Part shown: positions 41,157-50,357 of the stretch, one piece after another
Numbering within the stretch: the stretch's first letter is position 1
How the letters are laid out: each line of letters starts with the position of its first letter
Source of the DNA: an uncultured Chloroflexia bacterium
Lineage (GTDB): Bacteria; Chloroflexota; Limnocylindria; Limnocylindrales; CSP1-4
Assembly (NCBI GenBank): GCA_963748625.1
Contig: CAVVJT010000004.1
Location: forward strand, 1 to 64,000
Length of the DNA stretch: 64,000 bases
Reading direction: 5' to 3'
The notes under the pieces: generated by a model
The model's input: only the letters and a program-made list of their open reading frames with translations
Told to the model about the DNA's origin: nothing
The model's database searches: none
Made by a program: the position numbers and the translations under genes

Positions 41157-41941
41157 CAGATGATCCTCCGGTCGGCGAGCAGGTCGGCGATCTCGCGTGC
41201 GGCGTCGGCCGCTGGTGCGGTGATCACGCGCCCGGCGGCCCTGGTGGGCGGCGGGTCCGCGGCCAGCACGGTGCTCGTCCAGGCACCCCCTGCCGGGGCA
41301 AGGTCGGCACCGAGATCGGCGAGCGAGAGCTGGCGGATCTCACGGGTCCGGGCCGCCATGATCCCCTTGAGCGACGGGTAGCGCGGTGTGCCCAGGGCCT
41401 GCGTGCCCGAGATGACCGCGGGCATCGGTGCCTCGACAAGGTCGTAGCCCCTTGCCGAGAGGCGTCGGACGCGAACGGTGCCCGCACCAGGGTCGGGCTC
41501 GATCTTCGCCGCCTGCGAGATCAGCGGCAGGCCCAGCAGCGCGGCGACGCCGGCCGCGACCACCCCGCCGGCGCCGTCGGACGTGTCGATGCCCGCCAGC
41601 AGCAGGTCGAACTCCTCCGTGCGGGCGGCCGCCGCGAGGACCCGGATCGTGGTGGGCACGTCGGCGCCGGCGAGCGCGTCATCGGTCACGAGCACGCCGC
41701 GCATCGCCCCCATCGCGAGCGCCTTGCGCATTGTCTCCCGGCCACCGGCGGGGGCCATCGTGAGCAGCGCGACCTCGCCGCCGTGCACCTCGACCAGCTG
41801 CAGGGCCGCCTCGAGCGCGTACTCGTCATTGCCGTTGACGACGTTCGGGACCGTGGCCCGATCGAGCCGCAGGTCCGGCCCCAGGCGCTCGGCATTGGCC
41901 GCCGTGTCCGGGACGGGCTTGGTCAGGATGAGAATTCGCAC
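41156..41941 (-). CDS. etfB: Electron transfer flavoprotein beta subunit
   Basis: KPVPD, DEYALEAAL, RKALAMGA, PRYPSLKGIMAA. Confidence 0.95.
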   Translation of the reverse strand: MRILILTKPVPDTAANAERLGPDLRLDRATVPNVVNGNDEYALEAALQLVEVHGGEVALLTMAPAGGRETMRKALAMGAMRGVLVTDDALAGADVPTTIRVLAAAARTEEFDLLLAGIDTSDGAGGVVAAGVAALLGLPLISQAAKIEPDPGAGTVRVRRLSARGYDLVEAPMPAVISGTQALGTPRYPSLKGIMAARTREIRQLSLADLGADLAPAGGAWTSTVLAADPPPTRAAGRVITAPAADAAREIADLLADRRII

Positions 41942-41986
41942 GTGCGCTGTGCTCCCAAGTGCGTGCGTGGATCCTGCCCGGCCGAC

Positions 41987-43159
41987 TCAGCCGGCGAGCA
42001 GGGCGCGGGCGACGATGAGCCGCTGGATCTGCTGGGTGCCCTCGTAGAGCTGGGTGATCTTCGCGTCGCGCATCATCCGCTCGACGGGATACTCGTCGAT
42101 GTAGCCGTAGCCGCCGAAGACCTGGACGGCATCGGTGGTGACCTTCATGGCCGCGTCCCCGGCGACCAGCTTCGCGATGGCGGCCCACCGCGCGGCGTCG
42201 GGCGTGCCCGCCTCGATCTCCACGCAGGCGGTGTACAGCAGCTGGCGAGCAGCCTCGGTGGCGGCGTCCATGTCCGCGAGCAGCGCCTGGACCATCTGGA
42301 GCTCGGCGATCGGCTTGCCGAACTGGACGCGCTGCTTCGCATATGCGGTGGCCGCCTCGAGCGCGCCCTGGGCGATGCCGACCGCCTGCGCCGCGATCCC
42401 CGGGCGGGAGCGCTCGAAGGTCTTCATGGCGATGCCGAAGCCCTCGCCCTCGGCACCCAGGCGGTTCGTCGCCGGGACCCGGACACCCTCGAGTGCGAGC
42501 TCGGCCGTGGGCGAGCCGCGGAGGCCCATCTTGTGCTCGGTCCGGGCCACCGTGAAGCCCGGTCGATCCGTCTCCACCACGATCGCCGACAGGCGGCGGC
42601 TGGGCTTGTGGGCATCCGGGTTGGTGACCGCGAAGACGACGACGTAGTCCGCCACGGACCCATGGCTGATGAAGCGCTTGGAGCCGGTGATGACGTACTC
42701 GTCACCGTCGCGGACCGCCCGGGTCCGGATCCCGGACGGATCGGAGCCGGCATCCGCCTCGGTCAGACCGAAGGCGATCAGCTTGCGTCCGGCGGCCAGG
42801 TCCGGGAGCCAGCGGTCCTGCTGCTCCTGCGTGCCGGCTGCCTGGATGGGGATGGCGCCCAAGGCCTGGACCGCCAGGATCAGGCCGGTCGTGGCGCACG
42901 CGCGGGAGAGCTGCTCGATCGCGAGGCACAGGGTCAGGAGGTCCGCGCCGAGGCCGCCGTGCCGCTCGTGGAACGGGATGGCGAACACGTCGGCTGCGGC
43001 AAGCGCCTGACGGATGTCCTCCGGCCAGGTGCCGGTCCGGTCGATCTCCGCGGCCCGCGGGGCGACGACCTCGTCGGCGAGGACCTTGACGGCATCGCGG
43101 AGGAGGATCTGCTCCTCCGTCAGGCGGGCGGACCCGGGGACGGTTGCGGTGCTGCTCAC
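41987..43159 (-). CDS. Acyl-CoA dehydrogenase
   Basis: FGLTEADAGSD, KMGLRGSPT, RVQFGKPI, QVFGGYGY, YEGTQQIQ. Confidence 0.96.
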   Translation of the reverse strand: MSSTATVPGSARLTEEQILLRDAVKVLADEVVAPRAAEIDRTGTWPEDIRQALAAADVFAIPFHERHGGLGADLLTLCLAIEQLSRACATTGLILAVQALGAIPIQAAGTQEQQDRWLPDLAAGRKLIAFGLTEADAGSDPSGIRTRAVRDGDEYVITGSKRFISHGSVADYVVVFAVTNPDAHKPSRRLSAIVVETDRPGFTVARTEHKMGLRGSPTAELALEGVRVPATNRLGAEGEGFGIAMKTFERSRPGIAAQAVGIAQGALEAATAYAKQRVQFGKPIAELQMVQALLADMDAATEAARQLLYTACVEIEAGTPDAARWAAIAKLVAGDAAMKVTTDAVQVFGGYGYIDEYPVERMMRDAKITQLYEGTQQIQRLIVARALLAG

Positions 43160-43237
43160 GCGGCTGATGCTAGCAGCGTGGGTGGTGTGGCGGCACGCCC
43201 GGCGCCCCGCCACCCGCCACCCGCTACCCGCCACGCG

Positions 43238-45367
43238 CTAGACGACGTTGAGGCGCCGGCTCTCCGGGACCTCCCGCTCGCCGAACGGCGCGATGGCCGC
43301 CGCGAGCAGCTCGCTGATGTCCTGGCTGGTCACCGGGTTCTCGGCGTCCGGGCCGCGGCCCTCGTCCGTGAGGCCGTCACGGAGCATGACCATGCAGAAG
43401 GGGCAGGCCGTGGCGACCGTGTCGGCGCCGGTCTCGAGGACCTGGAGCGTGCGCGCCGCGTTGACGCGCGTCCCGCGGTTCTCCTCCATCCACATGTGGC
43501 CGCCGCCCGCGCCGCAGCAGAAGGTCTGCCGGCCGCGGTTGTCCATCTCGACCAGCTGCACGCCGTCGACCTGCCCGAGGATCTCCCGCGGCGCCTTGAT
43601 CACGCCGTTGTAGCGCGCCAGGTAGCAGGAGTCGTGGTAGGTGATCTTGCGCTGCGGCAGGCCGTTCTCCGCGAGGACCAGCCGGCCGCTCGTGAGCAGG
43701 TCGGACAGGAACTGGGAATGGTGCTTGATCGAGAACTTGCCGCCCATCTGCTCGTACTCGTTGCCGATCGTGTTGAAGCAGTGCGGGCAGGCGGTGACGA
43801 TCGTCTTCTCGGCGATCCTGTACTTGTTGAGCGTCTCGATGTTGGAGCTGGCCAGCATCTGGTAGACGTACTCGTTGCCCATGCGGCGGGCCGGGTCGCC
43901 GGTGCAGTTCTCCTCCTGGCCCAGGACGGCGAACGACACACCGGCGGCGTCGAGGCACGTTGCCACGGCCCGGGCGACCTTCTTGTTGCGGTCATCGAAC
44001 GCGGCAGCGCAGCCCACCCAGTAGAGGACCTCGAGGGCGTCGAGCTGGCCCGCGGCCTTGACCTCCTGCGCGGTCCTGACCGTGAAGGGCAGGCCCTTCG
44101 TCCAGTCGAGACGGGCGCTGGGCGGCTGGCCCCACGGGTTGGAGACGCTCTCCATGCCCCGGAAGACCGATGTGAGCTCGGCCGGGAACTTCGCGTCCTC
44201 CAGCACCATGTTCCGGCGCATCCCGACGATCTTGTCCACGTGCTCGATGAGCACCGGGCACGCCTCGACGCAGGCGCCGCAGGTGAGGCAGTCCCACGTG
44301 GCGTCGTAGCTGAGGATCCCGTCGATGAGCGGGCGCTCGACGGCCTCGGTCTTGATGGTGTCGTCGAGGCCGTAGGTGGAGCGCACCGCCGGCGAGTTGG
44401 GGATGTAGGGCACGGTCAGCTCGGCGACGGTCGCCTCGGCCCGGATGGCCATGATCATGGCCTTGGGGTTGAGCGGCTTGCCGGTGTTGAAGGCCGGGCA
44501 TGCCTGCTGGCAGCGGCCACACTCGGTGCAGGTGTACCCGTCGAGCAGGTCCTTCCACGACAGGTCGGCGAGGGTCTTGAGGCCGAACGTGACGTTCTCG
44601 TCCTCGAAGTCCATGGCCGGCAGCTGGCCGCGCGGGGTGAGCTTGCGGAACCAGATGTTCACGAAGCTCACGTACACGTGGAAGTGCTTGTTGAACGGGA
44701 TGTAGATGAGGAACGCCGAGAGCACGAGGACGTGCGCCCACCACAGGACGCCGAAGACCGCGGCCAGCGTCTCCTCCGGCATGCCCTCGAGCGGGACGGC
44801 GAGCGCGTTGGTGATGAACGCCCCCGAGATCGCCCCGAACGCGGCCGCCTCGAAGACGAGCGCGAGGAACTCGGTCGAGACGACCAGGAAGATGAACAGC
44901 AGGATCAGGAGGCCGGTGCGCGACAGGGTCAGCCGTGCGGGCCGGATCACCAGGCGCCGGAAGGCGGCCACCGCGACCGCCGCGAGGGCGAACACCGCGA
45001 CCACCTGCTGGATGGCCACCAGGAGCGTCCAGATGAGCCCGTCGAAGGGGATGGAGACGATCGCCTGCGGCAGGCCGCCCAGCACGAAGTTCATGTTCCC
45101 GAGCAGCAGGATCGTGGATCCCAGGAACAGGCCCAGGTGCATGACGCCGACGGTGCCCTCGCGGAACATCCTCGTCTGGACGATCGCATAGCGGAGCACG
45201 CCCCACGCACGGATGCCCGTGCTGGTGAGACCGCGGGGGCCCTCGGCCCGCACCGCCTGCATCACCCGCAGGTGCCGTCCCACGACGACCAGGAATATGG
45301 CGAACGCGCCCCAGAACACGGGGAACACCAGGGGGTAGAACGGAACCTCCGCGAAGGTCTCGAACAT
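43238..45367 (-). CDS. Membrane Fe-S oxidoreductase, FadF/HdrF-like (probable ETF:quinone oxidoreductase)
   Basis: NarI-like TM domain; two 4Fe-4S motifs (CTECGRCQQACP, CLTCGACVEACP); CCG domains (CCGAGGG, TACPFC). Confidence 0.9.
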   Translation of the reverse strand: MFETFAEVPFYPLVFPVFWGAFAIFLVVVGRHLRVMQAVRAEGPRGLTSTGIRAWGVLRYAIVQTRMFREGTVGVMHLGLFLGSTILLLGNMNFVLGGLPQAIVSIPFDGLIWTLLVAIQQVVAVFALAAVAVAAFRRLVIRPARLTLSRTGLLILLFIFLVVSTEFLALVFEAAAFGAISGAFITNALAVPLEGMPEETLAAVFGVLWWAHVLVLSAFLIYIPFNKHFHVYVSFVNIWFRKLTPRGQLPAMDFEDENVTFGLKTLADLSWKDLLDGYTCTECGRCQQACPAFNTGKPLNPKAMIMAIRAEATVAELTVPYIPNSPAVRSTYGLDDTIKTEAVERPLIDGILSYDATWDCLTCGACVEACPVLIEHVDKIVGMRRNMVLEDAKFPAELTSVFRGMESVSNPWGQPPSARLDWTKGLPFTVRTAQEVKAAGQLDALEVLYWVGCAAAFDDRNKKVARAVATCLDAAGVSFAVLGQEENCTGDPARRMGNEYVYQMLASSNIETLNKYRIAEKTIVTACPHCFNTIGNEYEQMGGKFSIKHHSQFLSDLLTSGRLVLAENGLPQRKITYHDSCYLARYNGVIKAPREILGQVDGVQLVEMDNRGRQTFCCGAGGGHMWMEENRGTRVNAARTLQVLETGADTVATACPFCMVMLRDGLTDEGRGPDAENPVTSQDISELLAAAIAPFGEREVPESRRLNVV

Positions 45368-45369
45368 GG

Positions 45370-45924
45370 TCAGGCGTCCTCCGGGGTGCCGGCGGGCAGG
45401 TCGCGCCGTCCGGCGGCTACAGCTGCGGCATGGTCGAACGGACCAGCCAGCGTTTCGAGGGCATGCTCGAGGACGGGGACGACGGCCTCGAGGTTCTCCA
45501 GCGCACCCTTGGGTGAGCCGGGCACGTTGATGACAAGGGTGCCGCCGCGCACGCCGACCAGGCCGCGCGAGAGCACCGCGAGGGGGGTGTGGGCACGACC
45601 GTCGGCGCGCATGGCCTCCGCGATGCCCGGGATCTCGTAGTCCAGCACCGTGGCCGTGGCCTGCGGTGTCACGTCACGGGGCGTCAGGCCGGTGCCGCCG
45701 GTGGTCAGGACCAGGCGGTTGCGGACCGCGCCCTCGCGGATCGCGTCCGCGATGGCCGCGACCTCGTCGGGCACGACGATCCGCTCCACGGTGAAGCCCA
45801 GGCCCGCGAGGCGCGCTTCCAGGCGATCGCCCGATTCGTCGGCGCGCGTGCCCTCGAAGCAGCGGTCGCTGACCGTGAGCACGAGGGCGGGCCGGGAGGC
45901 GAGGGGCGGCCGGGCCGGGCTCAT
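45370..45924 (-). CDS. moaB: MogA/MoaB molybdenum cofactor biosynthesis protein
   Basis: LTVSD...DESG, TTGGTGLTPRDVTP, NVPGSP. Confidence 0.92.
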   Translation of the reverse strand: MSPARPPLASRPALVLTVSDRCFEGTRADESGDRLEARLAGLGFTVERIVVPDEVAAIADAIREGAVRNRLVLTTGGTGLTPRDVTPQATATVLDYEIPGIAEAMRADGRAHTPLAVLSRGLVGVRGGTLVINVPGSPKGALENLEAVVPVLEHALETLAGPFDHAAAVAAGRRDLPAGTPEDA

Positions 45925-46511
45925 CCAGCAGGCTTCCGCTTGCCGACGCGGCCGGCCATTCGGTCACCGGGCCGCCGGCCGCGACTGGGCGCCTCGGCGC
46001 TCTGCTGCGGACGGTGCCACTCCCCGCTCTTGCCGCCGGTCTTGGACACCAGGCGGAGCCCGCGGATCTCGACCCCGCGCTCCACGCCCTTGACCATGTC
46101 GTACACAGTGAGTGCGGCCACGGCGGCGGCGGTCATCGCCTCCATCTCCACGCCGGTGGGGCCCGTGGTGGCCGCCTCCGCGCGGATCCGCAGGACCGAG
46201 GCGGTACGGTCTGGCGTGATGGTCACCAGCACGTCGGTCAGCGCGATCGGATGGCAGAGCGGGATGAGCTCCGCGGTGCGCTTCGCGCCCATCACGCCCG
46301 CAAGCTCGGCGACGGTCAGGACGTCGCCCTTCGCCGCGGTTCCGTCGATCACCAGGCTCATGGTCTCGGCGGCGACGGCGACCTCTGCCTCGGCGACGGC
46401 ACGACGGGCAGTCGGCGGCTTGGCGCCCACATCCACCATGCGCGGACGTCCACGACGGTCGACATGCGTGAGGCGGCGGCGCTCGGCGCGCGTGGGGTCG
46501 GTGCGTTCCAA
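45921..46511 (-). CDS. moaC: Cyclic pyranopterin monophosphate synthase
   Basis: LTHVD...MVDV..K, KGDVL, LIPLCHP, TGVEMEA, YDMVK, KTGGKSG. Confidence 0.96.
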   Translation of the reverse strand: MERTDPTRAERRRLTHVDRRGRPRMVDVGAKPPTARRAVAEAEVAVAAETMSLVIDGTAAKGDVLTVAELAGVMGAKRTAELIPLCHPIALTDVLVTITPDRTASVLRIRAEAATTGPTGVEMEAMTAAAVAALTVYDMVKGVERGVEIRGLRLVSKTGGKSGEWHRPQQSAEAPSRGRRPGDRMAGRVGKRKPAG

Positions 46512-46590
46512 TGGGTCCTCCTGCTCGCGTGGATGCTAGCGGGAGGCGGTGGGGTTGCGCAGCGTCATACCGCGCATTCTGCAGCCTGTG

Positions 46591-47733
46591 TCAACTGTCA
46601 ACAGGACCGCGCTGCGCCGCTTCGCTCCGTCGCCGGATCAGTTTGCCGATCGTCGAGCTCGTGACGAGGCCCAGCAGCTCGCCCCCGTCCACCACGGCCA
46701 GGCCGTCGAGCCCCCGGCGATCCATCAGTTCAGCTGCGTCCCAGAGCGGATCGCCGGGTGCGAGCACGGGCGCATCGGGCGGCGCAACCATGACATCACC
46801 CGCCCGCGTGGCGGCAAAGCGCTTCCGGCCGAGTCGCTGCAGGCGCCGGACGCCGACGACCCCGAGCACCCGCCCCTCGTCCACCACGGCGATCGCACGG
46901 ACGCCCGTCTCGCCCTCGTAGCGGTCCGCGAACGTGTCGATCGTGAGGTTGGGCGCCACGACAGGCCCGTCCGCGGCGAGCGCGTCGCCCACAGTCGCAT
47001 CCCGCAGCAGGTCCTCCAGCCCGAGGCGCCGGGTGTACGCCTGCGAGCTGCGGGTCAGGACCCAGCCGAGGGCGAGGACGAGGAGGCCCTCCGTGAACCG
47101 GTCCAGGCCCGCCAGTGCCACACCGACGCCCAGGGTGGTCCAGCCGACGTACTTCCCGGCGCGGGCGGTGATCCGTCCAGCCCGCCGCCGGTCACCGGTC
47201 CGGGCCAGAGCAAGCGCTCGGACGGCGCGGGCACCATCGAGCGGCACCGCGGGCAGCAGGCTCAGCGCGCCGAGCACGAGGTTGAGGCCGCCGACGATGA
47301 TCACGCCACCGGCAACTGCGGCCATGGGGCCACCGGCAACCCCGGCCACGACCGCCACCGGCACACAGGCGAGCGCGATCAGGAGCGAGAGCACCGGCCC
47401 CGCCAGGGCGATCGCGAGCTCATCGCGAGGGCGCTCGGCCTGCGCCACGGCCGCGCCGATCCCGCCAGCGAAACCGACGACGACATGCTCCACGGCCACG
47501 CCCACCCGGCGCCCGACCACCGCATGGGCGAGCTCATGGACGACGACGGACGCCAGGAACCCGGCAGCGACGAGCGCTCCGAGCGCCCACTGGGCCACCA
47601 CTGGGAGCCCCGGCGCAGCCATCGCGGCCTGCTGCGCGCCGACGACGGTGACGACGGCAGCCAGCACGACCCACGCCGGCGAGATCCGGACAACGATGCC
47701 GAAGAGGCGGCCGATGGGCAGCCCGCTGTTCAC
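46591..47733 (-). CDS. Site-2 (M50) protease with CBS domains
   Basis: HELAH, IALAGP, LLPAVPLDG; C-terminal CBS pair. Confidence 0.9.
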   Translation of the reverse strand: MNSGLPIGRLFGIVVRISPAWVVLAAVVTVVGAQQAAMAAPGLPVVAQWALGALVAAGFLASVVVHELAHAVVGRRVGVAVEHVVVGFAGGIGAAVAQAERPRDELAIALAGPVLSLLIALACVPVAVVAGVAGGPMAAVAGGVIIVGGLNLVLGALSLLPAVPLDGARAVRALALARTGDRRRAGRITARAGKYVGWTTLGVGVALAGLDRFTEGLLVLALGWVLTRSSQAYTRRLGLEDLLRDATVGDALAADGPVVAPNLTIDTFADRYEGETGVRAIAVVDEGRVLGVVGVRRLQRLGRKRFAATRAGDVMVAPPDAPVLAPGDPLWDAAELMDRRGLDGLAVVDGGELLGLVTSSTIGKLIRRRSEAAQRGPVDS

Positions 47734-48401
47734 GCGCCGGCCGCCCGCTCCCGGCGTCGTGCAAACCACGCCAGCAGCAGGCCCAGGGCGATGACCACGC
47801 CGCCGACGGCGATGGTGGACTCCACCCAGAACTGCTCCGGGAACAGCTGGACCAGGCGCTCCGTGCGCGGGTCGAACAGGTAGCTGCCCGCCGGGAAGAA
47901 GACCGTGTGGAAGATCTCGAAGGCGACATCGAAGGCCGCGACGCCGACCACGCCCACGACGACGGTGCCCACGGCCACCGCGACGCCCGTCCGTTTCAGG
48001 TGCCGCCAGTAGCGCGCCTTCCCCTCGCGTGCGGAGGCCAGGATCCACAGCACCACCAGCGTGACTGCCGCCAGCGCCGCGACCATGTAGAACTGGGCGA
48101 ACACGGCGCGCACGTCGCGCATGTGCCCGCGCTCGCGCTCGTTGAGGACCGGGGCGCCGTCAAGGGTGACATCGAAGTCCGGCGGCCCGAGGACCAAGTC
48201 CCCGAGGATCTCGCCGGTGACCGCCTGGAGCTGCTCCGACGTGAAGCCCGTCCATGCCTGCGCCTGCGCCCGCTCCTGGCCGAAGCCGACCCACACGGGG
48301 TTGAGAAACGGCAGGATCGCGAGGGCGACCACCACGACCAGGGCGGAGATGCCGGTCAGGATGGCGACGAGGACGCGGCCGATGGCGCGCAGGATGTCCA
48401 T
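47730..48401 (-). CDS. TIGR01906 / DUF1461 family membrane protein
   Basis: E..HMRDVR.VF; FEIFHTVFF...YLFDP....LVQLFPEQFW. Confidence 0.85.
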   Translation of the reverse strand: MDILRAIGRVLVAILTGISALVVVVALAILPFLNPVWVGFGQERAQAQAWTGFTSEQLQAVTGEILGDLVLGPPDFDVTLDGAPVLNERERGHMRDVRAVFAQFYMVAALAAVTLVVLWILASAREGKARYWRHLKRTGVAVAVGTVVVGVVGVAAFDVAFEIFHTVFFPAGSYLFDPRTERLVQLFPEQFWVESTIAVGGVVIALGLLLAWFARRRERAAGA

Positions 48402-48418
48402 TCGAGGCCTCGACGGGC

Positions 48419-48808
48419 CTACGCCTCCTCGAGCGTTCGGGCCTGCTCCCACCACGTCTCGACCATGAGCGCGTCGGGGGCGTCCACGGTGAGCTCGTCG
48501 GCGGCGAGCGCCAGGCGCTTGCGGAAGTCCGCGAGATCCAGGGCCAGCAGGTCCGCGAGGCCTTCGACGCCGGCCTGGATGAGGAGCCGGTGCTCAGCGG
48601 GACCAAAGCCGGCGAGGTTGAGCATCAGGGCCTCGTCGCGCCAGACCAGCACATCGTTCGGTGTGGCCTTGACGTGGTCCGCGAGCGACTGGCGGCGCGT
48701 CGGCGTCTCGGACGTCTCGAGGAGGATGCCCGTGGTGAAGATGCCCTGCTTCTGCAGCCGGGCGAGGTACACGGGCTCGATACGGGTCAGTTCGGTGATG
48801 GGCGGCAC
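48419..48808 (-). CDS. DUF4332 domain protein
   Basis: HhH-like repeats (RLQKQGIFTT..LL; LL..AGV..LADL); WWEQAR. Confidence 0.75.
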   Translation of the reverse strand: MPPITELTRIEPVYLARLQKQGIFTTGILLETSETPTRRQSLADHVKATPNDVLVWRDEALMLNLAGFGPAEHRLLIQAGVEGLADLLALDLADFRKRLALAADELTVDAPDALMVETWWEQARTLEEA

Positions 48809-49204
48809 GGGAGCGTCGGCCTCCGGCAGGTGTCGGGTCGGTCGGACAATTCGGTGGGCGTCAGTATCGCGGATGATGCCGCACGGCGCGAGACAGGCGC
48901 GGGACAGGCGCGGGACGGTGCAGGCATCCCAACGTCACTGCTGGCCGACCGGCTCCCGGTTCCCGGCTCAGGCCCGGCACCGCTCGGGTTCCCGGCTCCC
49001 GGCTCCCGGCTCAGGCCCGGATGGGCGGCTCCGGCCCGGATGCGCGGCCAGCGTGCGTACGGGCGGGTGCCCTGCGGTTCCTGCGCGCCTGGCGCACGGG
49101 AACGATGCTCCCCGGGCCCGGGAGGCGCGGAGATGGGCGCTGGGCGCGCAGGAGTGACGGGTCACGCTCCCGTAGGCTCGCCTGGCGCGCACGAGCATGG
49201 GCGT

Positions 49205-49271
49205 GGGCCAGGGGCGGGGCCGGTGCCGGGCGAGGGCCAGGGGCGGGGCCGGTGCCGGGCGAGGGCCAGGG
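49205..49271. repeat. 29-bp tandem repeat, about 2.3 copies
   Basis: GGGCCAGGGGCGGGGCCGGTGCCGGGCGA twice, plus a partial copy. Confidence 0.8.
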
Positions 49272-49438
49272 CCGGCGCGGGCGATGGAATGCTTCCGGCG
49301 CCAGGAGCGGAATGCGCAGGGCATTGCCCCGACGGCCCCGTGGCACGTTCGGGCAGCGCTTCGACCCGTTCGGGAAGCGACGCTTGCGGCGCGGACGTCT
49401 AGCATCGGCCTGACGACCGAACGCCGATGAGGGATGCC

Positions 49439-49888
49439 ATGCCGGGGGCCCGCGACCACCTCGATTCGTCCGAGCGCGACGTTGCCCGGGCTCCGCGTCC
49501 CGACGCCGGCCCTGCACGGTCCGAGCGCCCGGCGATCACCGGCGCCGCGGATCCCCGCCTTGCCGACGGATCGGCGGGCACCCGGGCGGATCTCATGCAC
49601 GTCCAGCGGACCGCAGGCAACGCCGCGGTCGCGTCGCTCGTGGCGCCCGCGGTGCAGCGCGTGGTCGCGATCGACGAGGTCGCGTCCGAGGTCGCGGCGC
49701 CGGCCGAGGACACGGGCGCGAGCCCCGTGGGTGATGCGGCGCCGGAGATGGACCACACGATCAACGCTGCCCACATCGGGTTGAACGCGCCGATGGTCGA
49801 GGCGCCCGGCATCATCCGCGCCAACACGGTGATCGCAGACTCGATCGTCGCGTCGAGCTACACGCCCGGCGCCGGTAACGCCTGGTAG
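49439..49888 (+). CDS. Small protein with eCIS-cargo-like QRTAGNAAV motif and spike-like C-terminus
   Basis: DLMHVQRTAGNAAVASL...VQR; ends ANTVIADSIVASSYTPGAGNAW; GAGGG RBS. Confidence 0.65.
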   Translation: MPGARDHLDSSERDVARAPRPDAGPARSERPAITGAADPRLADGSAGTRADLMHVQRTAGNAAVASLVAPAVQRVVAIDEVASEVAAPAEDTGASPVGDAAPEMDHTINAAHIGLNAPMVEAPGIIRANTVIADSIVASSYTPGAGNAW

Positions 49889-49965
49889 TCGGTCGGCTCG
49901 GTGAGGGCCCGCCCTGGCCCAACAGTGGCGGGAGCCGATCCCATCAGCAGGTGGCGGAACGCCGG

Positions 49966-50325
49966 CTAGCGCTCGAGGGTCTGGGGCTCCAGGACCACGT
50001 CCCAGTGCGCCTCGAGCAGCTCGAACCGGCGGCGCTCCTCGGCCTTGAACGTGTCCTGGTCGGGATAGAGGCGGAGGACCAGGCCCGGATCGGCGTGCTC
50101 CTCGATCGCGGCCCAGTCACGGTAGGTGATGGACACCATCACGTCCCACGCCGCATCACCGGTCCCGTGGAAGCGGGCGGTGGCAAGCTCCACATTCGTG
50201 TAGCGGCCCGCCGCCCACTGCTCGCGCAGGATCGGCCAGTGGTTCTTGCGGAAGAGGGCCACGAACTCGTCGTGCGAGCCCCAGGCGGTGCGATAGAAGT
50301 ACAGGACCTCGACGGGCGCGGACAT
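49966..50325 (-). CDS. Dimeric alpha/beta barrel (NIPSNAP-like) hypothetical protein
   Basis: YFYRTAWG..DEFVALF.KNHWPIL...WDV.V.I.Y...EE.RRFELLEAHWD. Confidence 0.7.
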   Translation of the reverse strand: MSAPVEVLYFYRTAWGSHDEFVALFRKNHWPILREQWAAGRYTNVELATARFHGTGDAAWDVMVSITYRDWAAIEEHADPGLVLRLYPDQDTFKAEERRRFELLEAHWDVVLEPQTLER

Positions 50326-50357
50326 GACGGGGGTCTCCAGGCTGGAAGCGGATGACG

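Noticed and set aside
40173-45367. FadF-like oxidoreductase, acyl-CoA dehydrogenase and etfBA cluster as a novel system
   Set aside because: A known beta-oxidation electron-transfer arrangement.
41783-45640. 1285-aa + strand ORF and other long antisense ORFs (11777-14407, 25729-28494, 52893-55556, 60723-62945)
   Set aside because: Shadow ORFs opposite well-supported genes, expected at high GC; no recognisable motifs.
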